Positions 18,633 to 28,227 are shown, counted from the stretch's first letter. The stretch is 64,000 nucleotides of DNA from Candidatus Poribacteria bacterium (GCA_965218095.1 OZ244587.1:3136001-3200000), one strand, 5' to 3'. The notes: generated by a model from the sequence alone, not told the origin. A program made the numbers and translations.

Positions 18633-21538
18633 GACGAAACTCCTTCAAATTTAAGTGTGAGTTGCTTTTCGGCACCGCTTGCCGATTGTCCAGAGTTGTC
18701 ACTACTTGCTGATTGTCCCGGGTCGTAATTGATGAGTGTCTCCAAAAGCGATCTTTCGTTGGAGCCTTGTGGATTCGTTTCGATGAGGGCTTGGATGATA
18801 GACTTGAAGAGGGTGTTTTCCCGAAGTCCATGCTCAATGAGGTAGGCGTTGATTTCCATTTTGTCGCTGGCATCCCAGAGATTCATGACTCTGTGAAGCA
18901 TGTCTATTATGGGAAGCTCTCCAGATGTGTGAGGTCGTCCCACCCGATCCGAATTCCGATCGGTGTGTCCTAACAGGTGGAGCGCACTGCCCGACGAGGC
19001 CTTCTTCAAAATGCCGATTTGGGCTGCTGTCAAATCGGCAAGCGATAACCCATATCCCTGCGCCAACAGAATACATTCACCCACCGGCGCGTCCCCCGTA
19101 CCGAAGTGATTCATGTGCATCAGGTAGTAGCGCGTCCATTCGTCCAGCGTTTCTGTGCTTGCGCCGTGCAGAATCTGCCCCAATGCAAAATCAGTCACGA
19201 TACGCCGAACTTCTGTGAGAAATTCGGTCACTGTGAATGGTTCGCCCGTATTCCGTCTGACCTCTTTATAGGTTGAATAGCTTTCCAACGCGGGGCCAAT
19301 CGCCGCCCAAACGAAGTCAGGTCCTTGAATCCCCGCGTCCCAGAAATAGCGCAGGCGTTTGGTAATCCGTTCCTGCATCTCGCGCCTCACTTTGCCGTAA
19401 TGTCCCACTCTGGCGTTTGCAGGTCGCTTTCGACAGACGAGCCACAACGAAGTTGCGAGCGCAGCGCGGTTCGCTTTAAGCCCACCTTGTCTCTCTGTAT
19501 CAATCGGCCATGACGCCGTAACAACAAGCCCCACACTAATCATCGCTGTTGTCAGAGTTTCCCATGCATCAGGATTTTTGTGGGCAAAAACAGTTACCAT
19601 TAAACTATCCTCTGATAATGATTGGTATGCCGTACGGAAACTCTCAGCCATGCCATCTTCGTAAAACACCCTCGCCGCTTCATTGTCACCATCAAAACGG
19701 CCTGAATGTTGGACAAGTTCTGCAGATTTCGGTGTGAGGAGTTCGGCAAAAGCATCAGGGAATCGATCTCCGATTGAGCGACGGAGCCACACGTAGAAGA
19801 AATCAGAAAGATCCGCATAAGGAATTGCGTCATAATAAGGCGGATCAGTAATAATTCCGTCAATCGTTTGACTGACTGGATCGCGGCTCGATTGCTGATT
19901 AATACAAGGTACGGAAGTCAATTTTGCTGTTAGTACGTTTTCCAGAAAACGTGTGACCCAACCAATGTGAGCAAGGTAACCACCTGTCTTTTTGGAGAAA
20001 GGGTCGAGTTCTGCAAAATCCCAAGTTATTGGTAATGCAAACCTCGTGTAAGTATGTGCTATAGCTTCTAAAGCTATTATCCACATGCAGATTGTCGAAT
20101 TATAATCAGCGAGACGATTAATAAGGATTGCCAAATATGCTTCAACCGCCTCAACCCATTCTGGTGAATACCCAAGCATTTCCATTTCCGTCTTTGCCAT
20201 CCGAGTCCACTTCACAAATGTCATCAGCGCCAACAACTGCCGAGGTGTGAACAAATTCGACCATTTCTTAAAGCCGTAAAGCGGGACCCTAAATCCAAGT
20301 GTTTCGGGACCGGGCATTGGTTCATCAGGAATCCCGTGCGGAATCTCATCGGCAATCGCATCCAACGTTTCTTTTGACACCTCTACGGCATCAATTTCTT
20401 CCTGTGTTGGTGGGCGATACTCCTTGCCGTATTCCTCTTGATAAACAACCGCTGTCATCTGTGCCTTGAGTTTGCCCTCATGCCCGCACTGCTTGATGTA
20501 GTCCCCCGGCTGCTGTGAGCCGCAAAATGGACAGGTCGCTGTCGCACCGGACATCGTGGGCTTGTCAACATCCTCTGTCTCTTCCGGCGCGACAATCTCA
20601 AATCGGACCCGCTTCGTCTCGGAATCAGGGCAGAACTTGAGCGCACGCTTTCCGTTGATGATGACTTTGGTCTGGTTTTTTGTCTTTTTAAGTCGGAGAA
20701 AGTCAGGACGTTTTTGATTTTCGGGAGTATCCGGGAGGGTTTTCTCAGGCTTCTTGCATATCCAGAGGGTCTTGAGCAGCGGAATGGTCCCACCACACGT
20801 TGGATCTTGACACGGAATCGTTCTCGCCCAAAGGTAAGCGACCGTCGGCTTCTCATCAACCACAGGATAATACGAATCGAGGTCGCTGCGGGCGTTTTCC
20901 AAAACCCACTGCCCCCACAAGCGGACATGGTCAGCGAGATCTTCCTTTCTCAAAAAGGGACGTTCATCAAGATCGAACTTAGGAAGCCGATAGGTTTTTC
21001 CGGCAAGGCGTTGTGGATATTCAAGCGTACATTTGAGAAGGAACCACGCCACCGGGTTGTAGTCGTTTGCTATCACCTCGCAGCCGAGTCGCATCGCCTC
21101 AAGCGGAATCGCACCACCCCCCGCAAACATATCCATCACCTTGGGTGAGCGTCCGTTGTATGCCAACTGGATGAGCTCTCTGGCGATTCGCAGCTTATTG
21201 AGCCAGCGTCCCTTCTGATCTTTTTCGTCCCAATCACCGTGGCCATTTTCGTCGCCCCACCGTGTCAGTGAGGCAATCAGGTCACAGAGATATTCACGCT
21301 GTTTATCCGGCAACGGTGACCCGGAAAGCCGTGTGTATTCCGCTTTCATCGTTTCAGGCGCATCGGCGGGATCGGGCAGCAATGTCGCTATCGTCGCGGC
21401 GCGGCACGCGGCGAGTGGACGGCGCGCGGGCCAGAGGTGAAGCGTGGATATATGTCCGTGGCGTACATTCTTTTCGTGCTTTGAGTCCGTGGAAACCTTT
21501 TTCAGTGGAAAGGCTTCCTCGATGAGTCTACGTGGCAT
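18629..21538 (-). CDS. DUF1156 adenine-specific DNA methyltransferase
   Basis: LHLWPARRPLAACRA, DMFAGGGAIPLE (motif I), CxxC pairs, IITDPPYYD (motif IV). Confidence 0.92.
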   Translation of the reverse strand: MPRRLIEEAFPLKKVSTDSKHEKNVRHGHISTLHLWPARRPLAACRAATIATLLPDPADAPETMKAEYTRLSGSPLPDKQREYLCDLIASLTRWGDENGHGDWDEKDQKGRWLNKLRIARELIQLAYNGRSPKVMDMFAGGGAIPLEAMRLGCEVIANDYNPVAWFLLKCTLEYPQRLAGKTYRLPKFDLDERPFLRKEDLADHVRLWGQWVLENARSDLDSYYPVVDEKPTVAYLWARTIPCQDPTCGGTIPLLKTLWICKKPEKTLPDTPENQKRPDFLRLKKTKNQTKVIINGKRALKFCPDSETKRVRFEIVAPEETEDVDKPTMSGATATCPFCGSQQPGDYIKQCGHEGKLKAQMTAVVYQEEYGKEYRPPTQEEIDAVEVSKETLDAIADEIPHGIPDEPMPGPETLGFRVPLYGFKKWSNLFTPRQLLALMTFVKWTRMAKTEMEMLGYSPEWVEAVEAYLAILINRLADYNSTICMWIIALEAIAHTYTRFALPITWDFAELDPFSKKTGGYLAHIGWVTRFLENVLTAKLTSVPCINQQSSRDPVSQTIDGIITDPPYYDAIPYADLSDFFYVWLRRSIGDRFPDAFAELLTPKSAELVQHSGRFDGDNEAARVFYEDGMAESFRTAYQSLSEDSLMVTVFAHKNPDAWETLTTAMISVGLVVTASWPIDTERQGGLKANRAALATSLWLVCRKRPANARVGHYGKVRREMQERITKRLRYFWDAGIQGPDFVWAAIGPALESYSTYKEVRRNTGEPFTVTEFLTEVRRIVTDFALGQILHGASTETLDEWTRYYLMHMNHFGTGDAPVGECILLAQGYGLSLADLTAAQIGILKKASSGSALHLLGHTDRNSDRVGRPHTSGELPIIDMLHRVMNLWDASDKMEINAYLIEHGLRENTLFKSIIQALIETNPQGSNERSLLETLINYDPGQSASSDNSGQSASGAEKQLTLKFEGVSS

Positions 21539-21553
21539 TTAGAATTCTCCTGT

Positions 21554-22342
21554 TTATTCCTTATCATCGCGGAGGTAAACAAACGGTTGAAAAATAGGAT
21601 GATCAATCATTCGTCGCCAAATTGTTTCAAGTGATATAATCGGTAGCTCAAGTTGGCGTTCATGGGGCACCTCCCGACTTGCCAAGCGTAACAAAATATA
21701 ACACGCGCTTCGGGTGGTTTGATACAAGAACGGATTCCGCGCGAACCAATGACTGGAGAAGGCTTCAATCTTCTCACGATCCTGAGGGCTCATATTTCCT
21801 CGATCTAGCCATCGCGTAATCTGAGTTTTTTTGGTCTCCGAATCCCCTTGTGCCATACATAGAAAAAGGACGGTATTTGCGCTACCCCCATGCCAACTCG
21901 CAAGGTTGTCGGTGACACGAGCGAGCCATTCAGTGTCGTCAAATCGAATTCTGTCGACCACAAGCAGAAGGGATTCCTGGACCATTTCGCGCAGCGCTGA
22001 CTTATGATGATTCAGATTTAACTGAGCCGTGCGTACCCAATAGGAATCTGATGAAAGCGCGTACAAAGCAATTTCAATCGGCAACAATTCATACCATGTC
22101 TTGTATCTGAAATCAGCGTGTCGTTTTGCTCTAGAGGCAAAGGTCGAAATCTTCTCAACCAACGAATGGTCAAAACACTCGGGAGCGAAAACAGCAAACC
22201 ATTGAACAAAAAATGCGCGCAGCTCCTGCGCTTCAGTCACCGTCCCTTTGCCAAAATTATTAACCCAAAGTTCAAATTCGGATTCTATAACTTTGTATAA
22301 TCTCTCTTGCTTGATGGTAAACGAAGGAATAGACATTTTCAT
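21554..22342 (-). CDS. Hypothetical predicted alpha-helical protein in the defence operon
   Basis: 262-aa ORF, ATGA overlap with the helicase stop, ends 15 nt before the methylase; no recognisable motif. Confidence 0.7.
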   Translation of the reverse strand: MKMSIPSFTIKQERLYKVIESEFELWVNNFGKGTVTEAQELRAFFVQWFAVFAPECFDHSLVEKISTFASRAKRHADFRYKTWYELLPIEIALYALSSDSYWVRTAQLNLNHHKSALREMVQESLLLVVDRIRFDDTEWLARVTDNLASWHGGSANTVLFLCMAQGDSETKKTQITRWLDRGNMSPQDREKIEAFSSHWFARNPFLYQTTRSACYILLRLASREVPHERQLELPIISLETIWRRMIDHPIFQPFVYLRDDKE

Positions 22343-25300
22343 GCCTCTCGGTTGTTGATAATATCGCTGGCATTAATAATTACGCTTCCCTTGGCTTTAG
22401 CAATCAGGTTGCCAAACGGATCTCGGCATCGGTGTAATTGCGGATTCTCATCACAATGATAGACCACATAAAGCCAGTAGCGATCTTGGTGATTGGCAGC
22501 TTGCCGCCATTCATTTGCCGTCAATTCAACGCTCGTAATTCCGGTGCGTCCTTTGACCTCAATGTAACGTACCTCACCATTGGGGCGTCTGGATTGCAAA
22601 TCAAATCCTTTTTTGAGGTGTGGATTGGAAACATCTTCGACCGCCGCCCCGTGCTCCCGTTCATATTCGATGGTAGTGCGGAGCGCAACCACTTCGGCAT
22701 CTCGTATTGTCTTCGTCGGCACCGCGTCAATTGGGGGCGGGAGGACAAGCGCACGAACATAGAGGGTGACAGTCCCCAATTCGGTGTTTTCGATTTCCTC
22801 AACGAGACTCGTTTCAGCCGCAGCGCGTTTCACCTCAAGTTCATCCAGTTCCCGATCGCAGTTGTTCAGTTTCGTCTGAGCCGCAGGAACCCCTTTGGCA
22901 ACAGCGTCTTTGAGGTTGATTCGCTGTCCGAGAAGCTCTGACTTCCTCAAGTTAAATGAAATCTTGATCTGTTTTTTCTTGTCCTTCAATTGGGATTGAA
23001 GGACATCGCGGATGCGAGAAACTTTGGGGGCCCCCAAGTTTTCAACGACAAAAGTTTTAACGGGTTGTACCTCATCAGCAAGGTCAAACCATTCAGAGGA
23101 AATTGGTGAGCAGTTGTCCGGTAGCGACGTTAATGTCAACAGCAGATGGGCTGGTGTTGGTTCACAACGGCCGTCTGAAAATTGTTTGACACCAACAAGC
23201 TCTTCGTCCAAGACTTGAGGCCTCTCACCAATTTGTCGCACCACAGGCACTTTCGCCAGATAGAACAGATACGATTCATCTGTCTGGGGATCGAAATAAA
23301 CCGCCCCGCGATTCCCTTCATCTTCAAATTCTCCCAAGAAGAGGGTCAAAATTGAATCAAAAACGGGTTCACCGGGGTGCAGAAAAATCGCCTGCGGCTG
23401 ATCGAGTCCAGTGGGCAGTGCAAGTTCTCGTGAGAACGTTAATCGGTCTTGCAGATGTGGTGGATATTTTTCGATAATACTTCGCACAAACGGCGGACAG
23501 TGGGATAGCTTGAAAATTCCTTCAACCTCTCCATCAATCCGATAGCCGACCAACGGGGCGACATCTTCAAAGAAAGCTCGCACATACGCCGGCATCACGC
23601 GAAGCGTTTCGGCAGATTCCCTCTGCTTCTGAACGCCGAGGAGCAGACGTTTAACCTCACTGCACGCGACCAATTTCTGCTGCGCTTCGAGCTGCTGTTT
23701 GATGTTTTCCGAAGTGAATTGGTTATTGATGGTTTGGATTGAGGCATCGGTTTTATTCTCCGTGATGGCTTGCGTGATGAGCTCCGTCAAAGAGACCTGA
23801 CTGAATTGTTGACCAATGACATCAAAAACTTTATCGTCGCTCAATTCCTTACGCATCTGTTCCAATTTCTCCAGCAGCACTTTCAACACTCGTCCTTCAC
23901 GCGTGTCTTGGGCAACGAGATTTAACAGAACCACCGTCTGTTTCTGCTTGTATCGGTGAATCCGTCCCATTCGCTGTTCAATCCGAGCGGGGTTCCACGG
24001 AATATCGTAGTTGACCATCAGCCAACAGAATTGAAGGTTGATTCCTTCCCCGGCTGCATCGGTTGCCACAAGATATTGCGCCCCGTTCGGGTCGCGAAAG
24101 AACTCGACCTGTTTTTCGCGTTCGTTGTATTTCATGCCGCCGTGGATTTGGGCGACTCTTCCTGTAAAACCCAATGCCTCCAATCGTCCGATGACAAAAT
24201 TCAGCGTGTCGCGATGCTCGGTGAAAATAAGCACCTTTGTATCTGGATAACCCTCTAACGCCTCCCACAGTTTCTCAAACTTACTTTCAGCTTTCAAGTC
24301 GTAAACTACCCTCGCCAACTCGGTAAGACGTTGAACGTGGTGAATCTCCGCTTCCAGATCCACAATCGATCGGGAGGTTGTCGCTTGAGCAAGGCTTTCA
24401 TCAGCCTGTTCTGCTTCCTCCTTGCCGTCAATGATCTCTTCCTCATCACCTGTTTTTGTATCTCTGATGTCGATGTCTATAAGTTCCGCTTGCGCTGTTT
24501 CCAGCCTCTCCAATGATAACCGCCCCTCGCGAAGTTCGTGAAGGGTTGTCTGAAGTTTTTCCTCCCGTCTGATAAGGCTCTGCAACAGTGCAAAAGTTGA
24601 ACTGGCAATCCGCCGTTGTAGCACCATCATCGCCATCTTTGCCGCGGTCCGGTTGTACTGCCCGGCGAGATCAAAATATTTCTCACAATACTCCGTGACC
24701 CCATCGTACAGCGATTGCTCGCTAATCTCCCCCTGCTTGAGTGGATAAGCAATGGTATGACTTCGGCGTGGCGGGTAAATGAGTTTTTCATCGAAGGTGA
24801 TCATCTCCTCCTTCATGCGCCGGAGCAGATGCTTCGATTTCTCCCCCTCAACCAACTGATCAAACGCCTTTTGTGCGGCGAGGTGATCGGGCAATAGCAG
24901 TCGCCAAAGAAAATAATACGCATCATCTTTTCCCATGTGAGGCGTTGCCGTAAGCAATAACAGACTCTTTCCATCTGCGGCAATTCGTTCGGCAAGCTGG
25001 TATCGCTTCGATTTCGTTACTGTCCCGTCCCACTCCCTTCGTGCCGATAGTTTATGGGCTTCATCAAAGACAACCAAATCATACGACGGTGCTTCAAAGA
25101 GATATTGCTGCATCCGTTCTTGCCGCAACGTATCGAGACTCACAATTGCTAAGCGGTTTTCCGAATCGACAAAGGGATTGGTATCTGTGGTACTTGCGCT
25201 AGACAAAATTTGAAATTGGAGTCGAAAACAGACACGTAATTCGCGTTCCCAGTTTCCAATTAACCCTGCCGGTGGCACAATCAGCACCCGTTCCACCTGC

Positions 25301-25755
25301 CGCCGCAGTAACAGTTCTTGGATGTAAAGTCCTGTCATGATCGTTTTCCCGGCACCGGCATCGTCAGCCAACAGAAACCGCAACGGGAAATGTTTCAGCA
25401 GATGGTCATATACCGCGATAAATTGGTGCGGCAATGGATCAATCAGCGATGTTTCTGTGGCAAAGATGGGATTGAACAGATAGGCGTGTCGAAGTCGATA
25501 CGCTTCTGCAACCAGTCTCACCAGATTCGCATCCGCACGGAAAGGAGGATATACAATCTCGAAACGCCCTTGCAATTCTTCGATGGAACAAACAAATGGC
25601 TCAGTGGCACCCTCAAAAAAGAGGCGAACAAAAGAACCGTGGGGGCGAACCTGACGGATAACCTTTTCCCCTCCTTGATGCTTATCGATCAGATATGTGC
25701 CGGGTTGGAGATTGTCGAGATGAATTGTATCAGTTTGATGCAGTACAGGATTCAT
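22339..25755 (-). CDS. SNF2-family helicase with C-terminal DUF3883 PD-(D/E)xK nuclease
   Basis: LLADDAGAGKT, DEAH, LLTATPH, ATDAAGEGINLQ, EQRMGRIHR; C-terminal GFDLQS...IEVKGR...ELTANEW. Confidence 0.93.
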   Translation of the reverse strand: MNPVLHQTDTIHLDNLQPGTYLIDKHQGGEKVIRQVRPHGSFVRLFFEGATEPFVCSIEELQGRFEIVYPPFRADANLVRLVAEAYRLRHAYLFNPIFATETSLIDPLPHQFIAVYDHLLKHFPLRFLLADDAGAGKTIMTGLYIQELLLRRQVERVLIVPPAGLIGNWERELRVCFRLQFQILSSASTTDTNPFVDSENRLAIVSLDTLRQERMQQYLFEAPSYDLVVFDEAHKLSARREWDGTVTKSKRYQLAERIAADGKSLLLLTATPHMGKDDAYYFLWRLLLPDHLAAQKAFDQLVEGEKSKHLLRRMKEEMITFDEKLIYPPRRSHTIAYPLKQGEISEQSLYDGVTEYCEKYFDLAGQYNRTAAKMAMMVLQRRIASSTFALLQSLIRREEKLQTTLHELREGRLSLERLETAQAELIDIDIRDTKTGDEEEIIDGKEEAEQADESLAQATTSRSIVDLEAEIHHVQRLTELARVVYDLKAESKFEKLWEALEGYPDTKVLIFTEHRDTLNFVIGRLEALGFTGRVAQIHGGMKYNEREKQVEFFRDPNGAQYLVATDAAGEGINLQFCWLMVNYDIPWNPARIEQRMGRIHRYKQKQTVVLLNLVAQDTREGRVLKVLLEKLEQMRKELSDDKVFDVIGQQFSQVSLTELITQAITENKTDASIQTINNQFTSENIKQQLEAQQKLVACSEVKRLLLGVQKQRESAETLRVMPAYVRAFFEDVAPLVGYRIDGEVEGIFKLSHCPPFVRSIIEKYPPHLQDRLTFSRELALPTGLDQPQAIFLHPGEPVFDSILTLFLGEFEDEGNRGAVYFDPQTDESYLFYLAKVPVVRQIGERPQVLDEELVGVKQFSDGRCEPTPAHLLLTLTSLPDNCSPISSEWFDLADEVQPVKTFVVENLGAPKVSRIRDVLQSQLKDKKKQIKISFNLRKSELLGQRINLKDAVAKGVPAAQTKLNNCDRELDELEVKRAAAETSLVEEIENTELGTVTLYVRALVLPPPIDAVPTKTIRDAEVVALRTTIEYEREHGAAVEDVSNPHLKKGFDLQSRRPNGEVRYIEVKGRTGITSVELTANEWRQAANHQDRYWLYVVYHCDENPQLHRCRDPFGNLIAKAKGSVIINASDIINNREA

Positions 25756-25932
25756 TTCTATCGTCTAAAAACCGCCGGTGTTTTGCCAGAAAGAAGATGT
25801 GACTTATGGCATTTGAATCTGTTTCATCTGTGTATCCAACCATCTCAGAATTTGTGCATTCATTCTGTGTGGATAAACGCATAAAAAAAGAAGCAGAAGA
25901 ATAGGGTGGTTCTTTATAGATGGCGTATTTTA

Positions 25933-25961
25933 ATGGTAACATATGATGAAATTAAAGTCAA
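25933..25961 (-). promoter_or_regulatory. Candidate promoter of the defence operon
   Basis: Minus strand TTGACT-17 nt-TACCAT, about 180 nt upstream of the helicase. Confidence 0.45.
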
Positions 25962-25965
25962 TCTT

Positions 25966-26085
25966 GGCTCATGTTAAAAGAAAGTGCAGAAGCGTGAAAG
26001 GTATGGTAAACTAAGCATTATGGATTTCCCAATAGTAGACCTACTTGATGATGAACTTTCCTATCAATGGTTGCTCAACCATAAC
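25966..26085 (+). mobile_element. IS1595-type left end with transposase N-terminal stub
   Basis: GGCTCATGTTAAAAGAAAGTGCA end and MDFPIVDLLDDELSYQWLLNH, homologous to 54594 onward. Confidence 0.75.
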
Positions 26086-26620
26086 CAATGGAACGACCAA
26101 CGATAGGCAAGTGGCTCAAACCGCTGCTGCGCTACCAAGTGGCAGTTTACGTCTTGCGGACTTAAGTTATTTCTCTCTTGATGAATTGAAGCAATGTTCT
26201 GATGAGAAGGTCTTTTGGTTAACACGCGTCCAAGCGACGTGCGTTGTTCAAGCTATGGAAGATCCATGGTCAGATTGACGCTTGGCTAAGCGAAGAACCG
26301 TGGCGAATACTCTGTGAAGTTTACGCGAAACTGATAGCGATGATTATTCAGCACTGGATTCTATTGACCTACTCATGGCAGTATCCAGAGCGAAGTTTGA
26401 CCAAAGCGGCGAAAGTGATTGCCAAACATGCGCTTTGCATCGCCGGTGCCGTCGCCTCCGGTCAAAGCCAACAACTGGTTGAAGCATTGACAACAGTCGG
26501 ACAATGTTTAGTTAGCGGTCGGCTGCCGAATTTATAAGCGTAGAAAATGCCCTTCAACCTATCAACTCCTAATGGAAACCGCTGATGAAGTCTTGCTTTC
26601 CGCCTAACTTAATCCCTATG
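26086..26620 (+). mobile_element. IS4-family transposase remnant with right end
   Basis: LRLADLSYFSL, FKLWK, PWRILCEVYAKLIAMIIQHW fragments; terminal TAACTTAATCCCTATG (CAT-type end). Confidence 0.75.
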
Positions 26621-26761
26621 AGGAAGAAAGCCAAGACCCGTAACATTCTACCTATCGTTGACAATAATGGATATTTCCTGACCTCAACGGGAATCATCGC
26701 CGGCAATCATAATGATTGATTCGACCCTAAACCTCATTTGGTTAAAAGTTTCAACCGGCTT
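26621..26761 (+). mobile_element. IS5-like transposase remnant with terminal repeat
   Basis: RKKAKTRNILPIVDNNGYFLTSTGIIAGNHND followed by GTTAAAAGTTTCAACCGGCTT. Confidence 0.6.
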
Positions 26762-26785
26762 ATTGATAAATATGCTCAATTCATG

Positions 26786-26814
26786 TTGACACGATCCTTA
26801 CGCTTTGTTAAAAT
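26786..26814 (+). promoter_or_regulatory. Near-consensus sigma70 promoter upstream of argC
   Basis: TTGACA-17 nt-TAAAAT with TG extension. Confidence 0.7.
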
Positions 26815-26829
26815 AGTTTGTCAAATGAA

Positions 26830-27046
26830 TGTTAGACGACCAGAGGCGTACCATCATGATAACTATTTTTCATTTCAGTGAGTAAGATGAAACACTTCAT
26901 CGCCATACCCAACGTGCTGGTTCAGCAGGGAGACCAATGGAAGATTGCTCACTACCATTTTTCACCATTGATTCTGCGCCGCGGAGATGATAATAGTTAC
27001 CAAACTCGAAACTCAATAGTGATGGTTTGACCCCTGGTCGTCTAAC
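26830..27046. repeat. Long-range inverted repeat enclosing a gene fragment
   Basis: GTTAGACGACCAG / CTGGTCGTCTAAC (13 bp perfect) plus ACCATCA / TGATGGT. Confidence 0.7.
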
Positions 27047-27111
27047 TCGCTTTTGGGTGTATTCCCGCTTTTGAGCTTACTACCACCTTTCACCCATCAT
27101 ACATTAAAAAG

Positions 27112-28095
27112 ATGAACTCAGCTATGTCTAAAATTGGAATATTCGGCGATACCGGCATGGTGGGCCAGGAAATTGAAAAGGTACTAAAAAATCACGATCA
27201 GGTTAAAATCGTCTTTAGAAAAAATTCAAGAAGGGAAGAAGGGAGTCTAAACGACTGCGACCTCGTCTTTCTGGCGACAAAAGATCCGGAATCGATGGCG
27301 TATGCGCCGGAAGCCCTTGAATTTGGGAAGAAAGCAATTGATATGAGCGGGGCGTTCAGATTACCCAGAGAGCCGTTTGAAATCGAGTATGCACCGAGAA
27401 TAGAACTTGGGCCGTACGGGTCGGCGCATCAAGTCCCGGAGTTGTTAGCGGAAGCGGTTTATGGGATGCCTGCGCTGTTGCAAGATCAGATCGCTGAAGC
27501 AAGGTTGGTGGGGAATCCGGGCTGTTATCCGACAAGTGTGATTCTGGCTTTAAGACCGCTCAAAGGGCTCGTGCAGGGACCGGCGACGATTGTGGCGACT
27601 TCGGGGAATTCGGGGGCAAGAAAAGAGGTGGAGGATGAGTCCAACGAGATTACCTACGATTACGGCGGCAAGCACAAGCACGTCCCGGAGATGGAGCGGT
27701 ATTCTGGGTTTGATGTGGACTTTACACCTATCGTCCTCAGATCTGTTTTCAGGGGAATTAATGCAAACATTAAGGTCGAATTGACAGAGCCACTAAAACA
27801 CCTCTCTGAAGCAGAGGCGGCTGAAAAATTGAGTCTAACGATCAAAAGCACCTACCAACCGGACGATCTGGTGCTCATTGTGGAAGATACGGCGGATAAA
27901 TGGTGGGGCACCCGAGATGTCGTCGATACCCATAAACTCCTCATCAAAGTCGGTGTTGATGAGGGATGTGCTTATATCTGTTCCCTGGTCGATAATCTCG
28001 GAAAAGGCGCCGCCAGTCAAGCAGTTGAGAACATGAACATCATGCTCGGATTGCCTCGGCTGTATGGGATTGACCCCGCTTATCGTACGAGTTGA
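27112..28095 (+). CDS. argC: N-acetyl-gamma-glutamyl-phosphate reductase
   Basis: IDMSGAFRL, GNPGCYPT catalytic motif, SGNSGA, HKHVPE, DNLGKGAASQAVENMN. Confidence 0.9.
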   Translation: MNSAMSKIGIFGDTGMVGQEIEKVLKNHDQVKIVFRKNSRREEGSLNDCDLVFLATKDPESMAYAPEALEFGKKAIDMSGAFRLPREPFEIEYAPRIELGPYGSAHQVPELLAEAVYGMPALLQDQIAEARLVGNPGCYPTSVILALRPLKGLVQGPATIVATSGNSGARKEVEDESNEITYDYGGKHKHVPEMERYSGFDVDFTPIVLRSVFRGINANIKVELTEPLKHLSEAEAAEKLSLTIKSTYQPDDLVLIVEDTADKWWGTRDVVDTHKLLIKVGVDEGCAYICSLVDNLGKGAASQAVENMNIMLGLPRLYGIDPAYRTS

Positions 28096-28110
28096 ACTAC
28101 GGAGATTGCT

Positions 28111-28227
28111 ATGACCACAATTACAGTTATCTTGCCAGACGAACGTTTGTTGAAATTGAAAGAGATGACCGCTCACTCAGGAGTTTCGCCTGAAGAGTTA
28201 GTAAGCGCCAGTATTGATGAAGATTAA
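28111..28227 (+). pseudogene. Ribbon-helix-helix antitoxin-like stub
   Basis: GGAG RBS then MTTITVILPDERLLKLKEMTAHSGVSPEELVSASIDED*; no toxin follows. Confidence 0.55.

Noticed and set aside
26830-27100. Functional integron or T-box riboswitch
   Set aside because: No complete attC stem, no integrase and no T-box consensus or terminator were found; kept only as an unexplained inverted repeat
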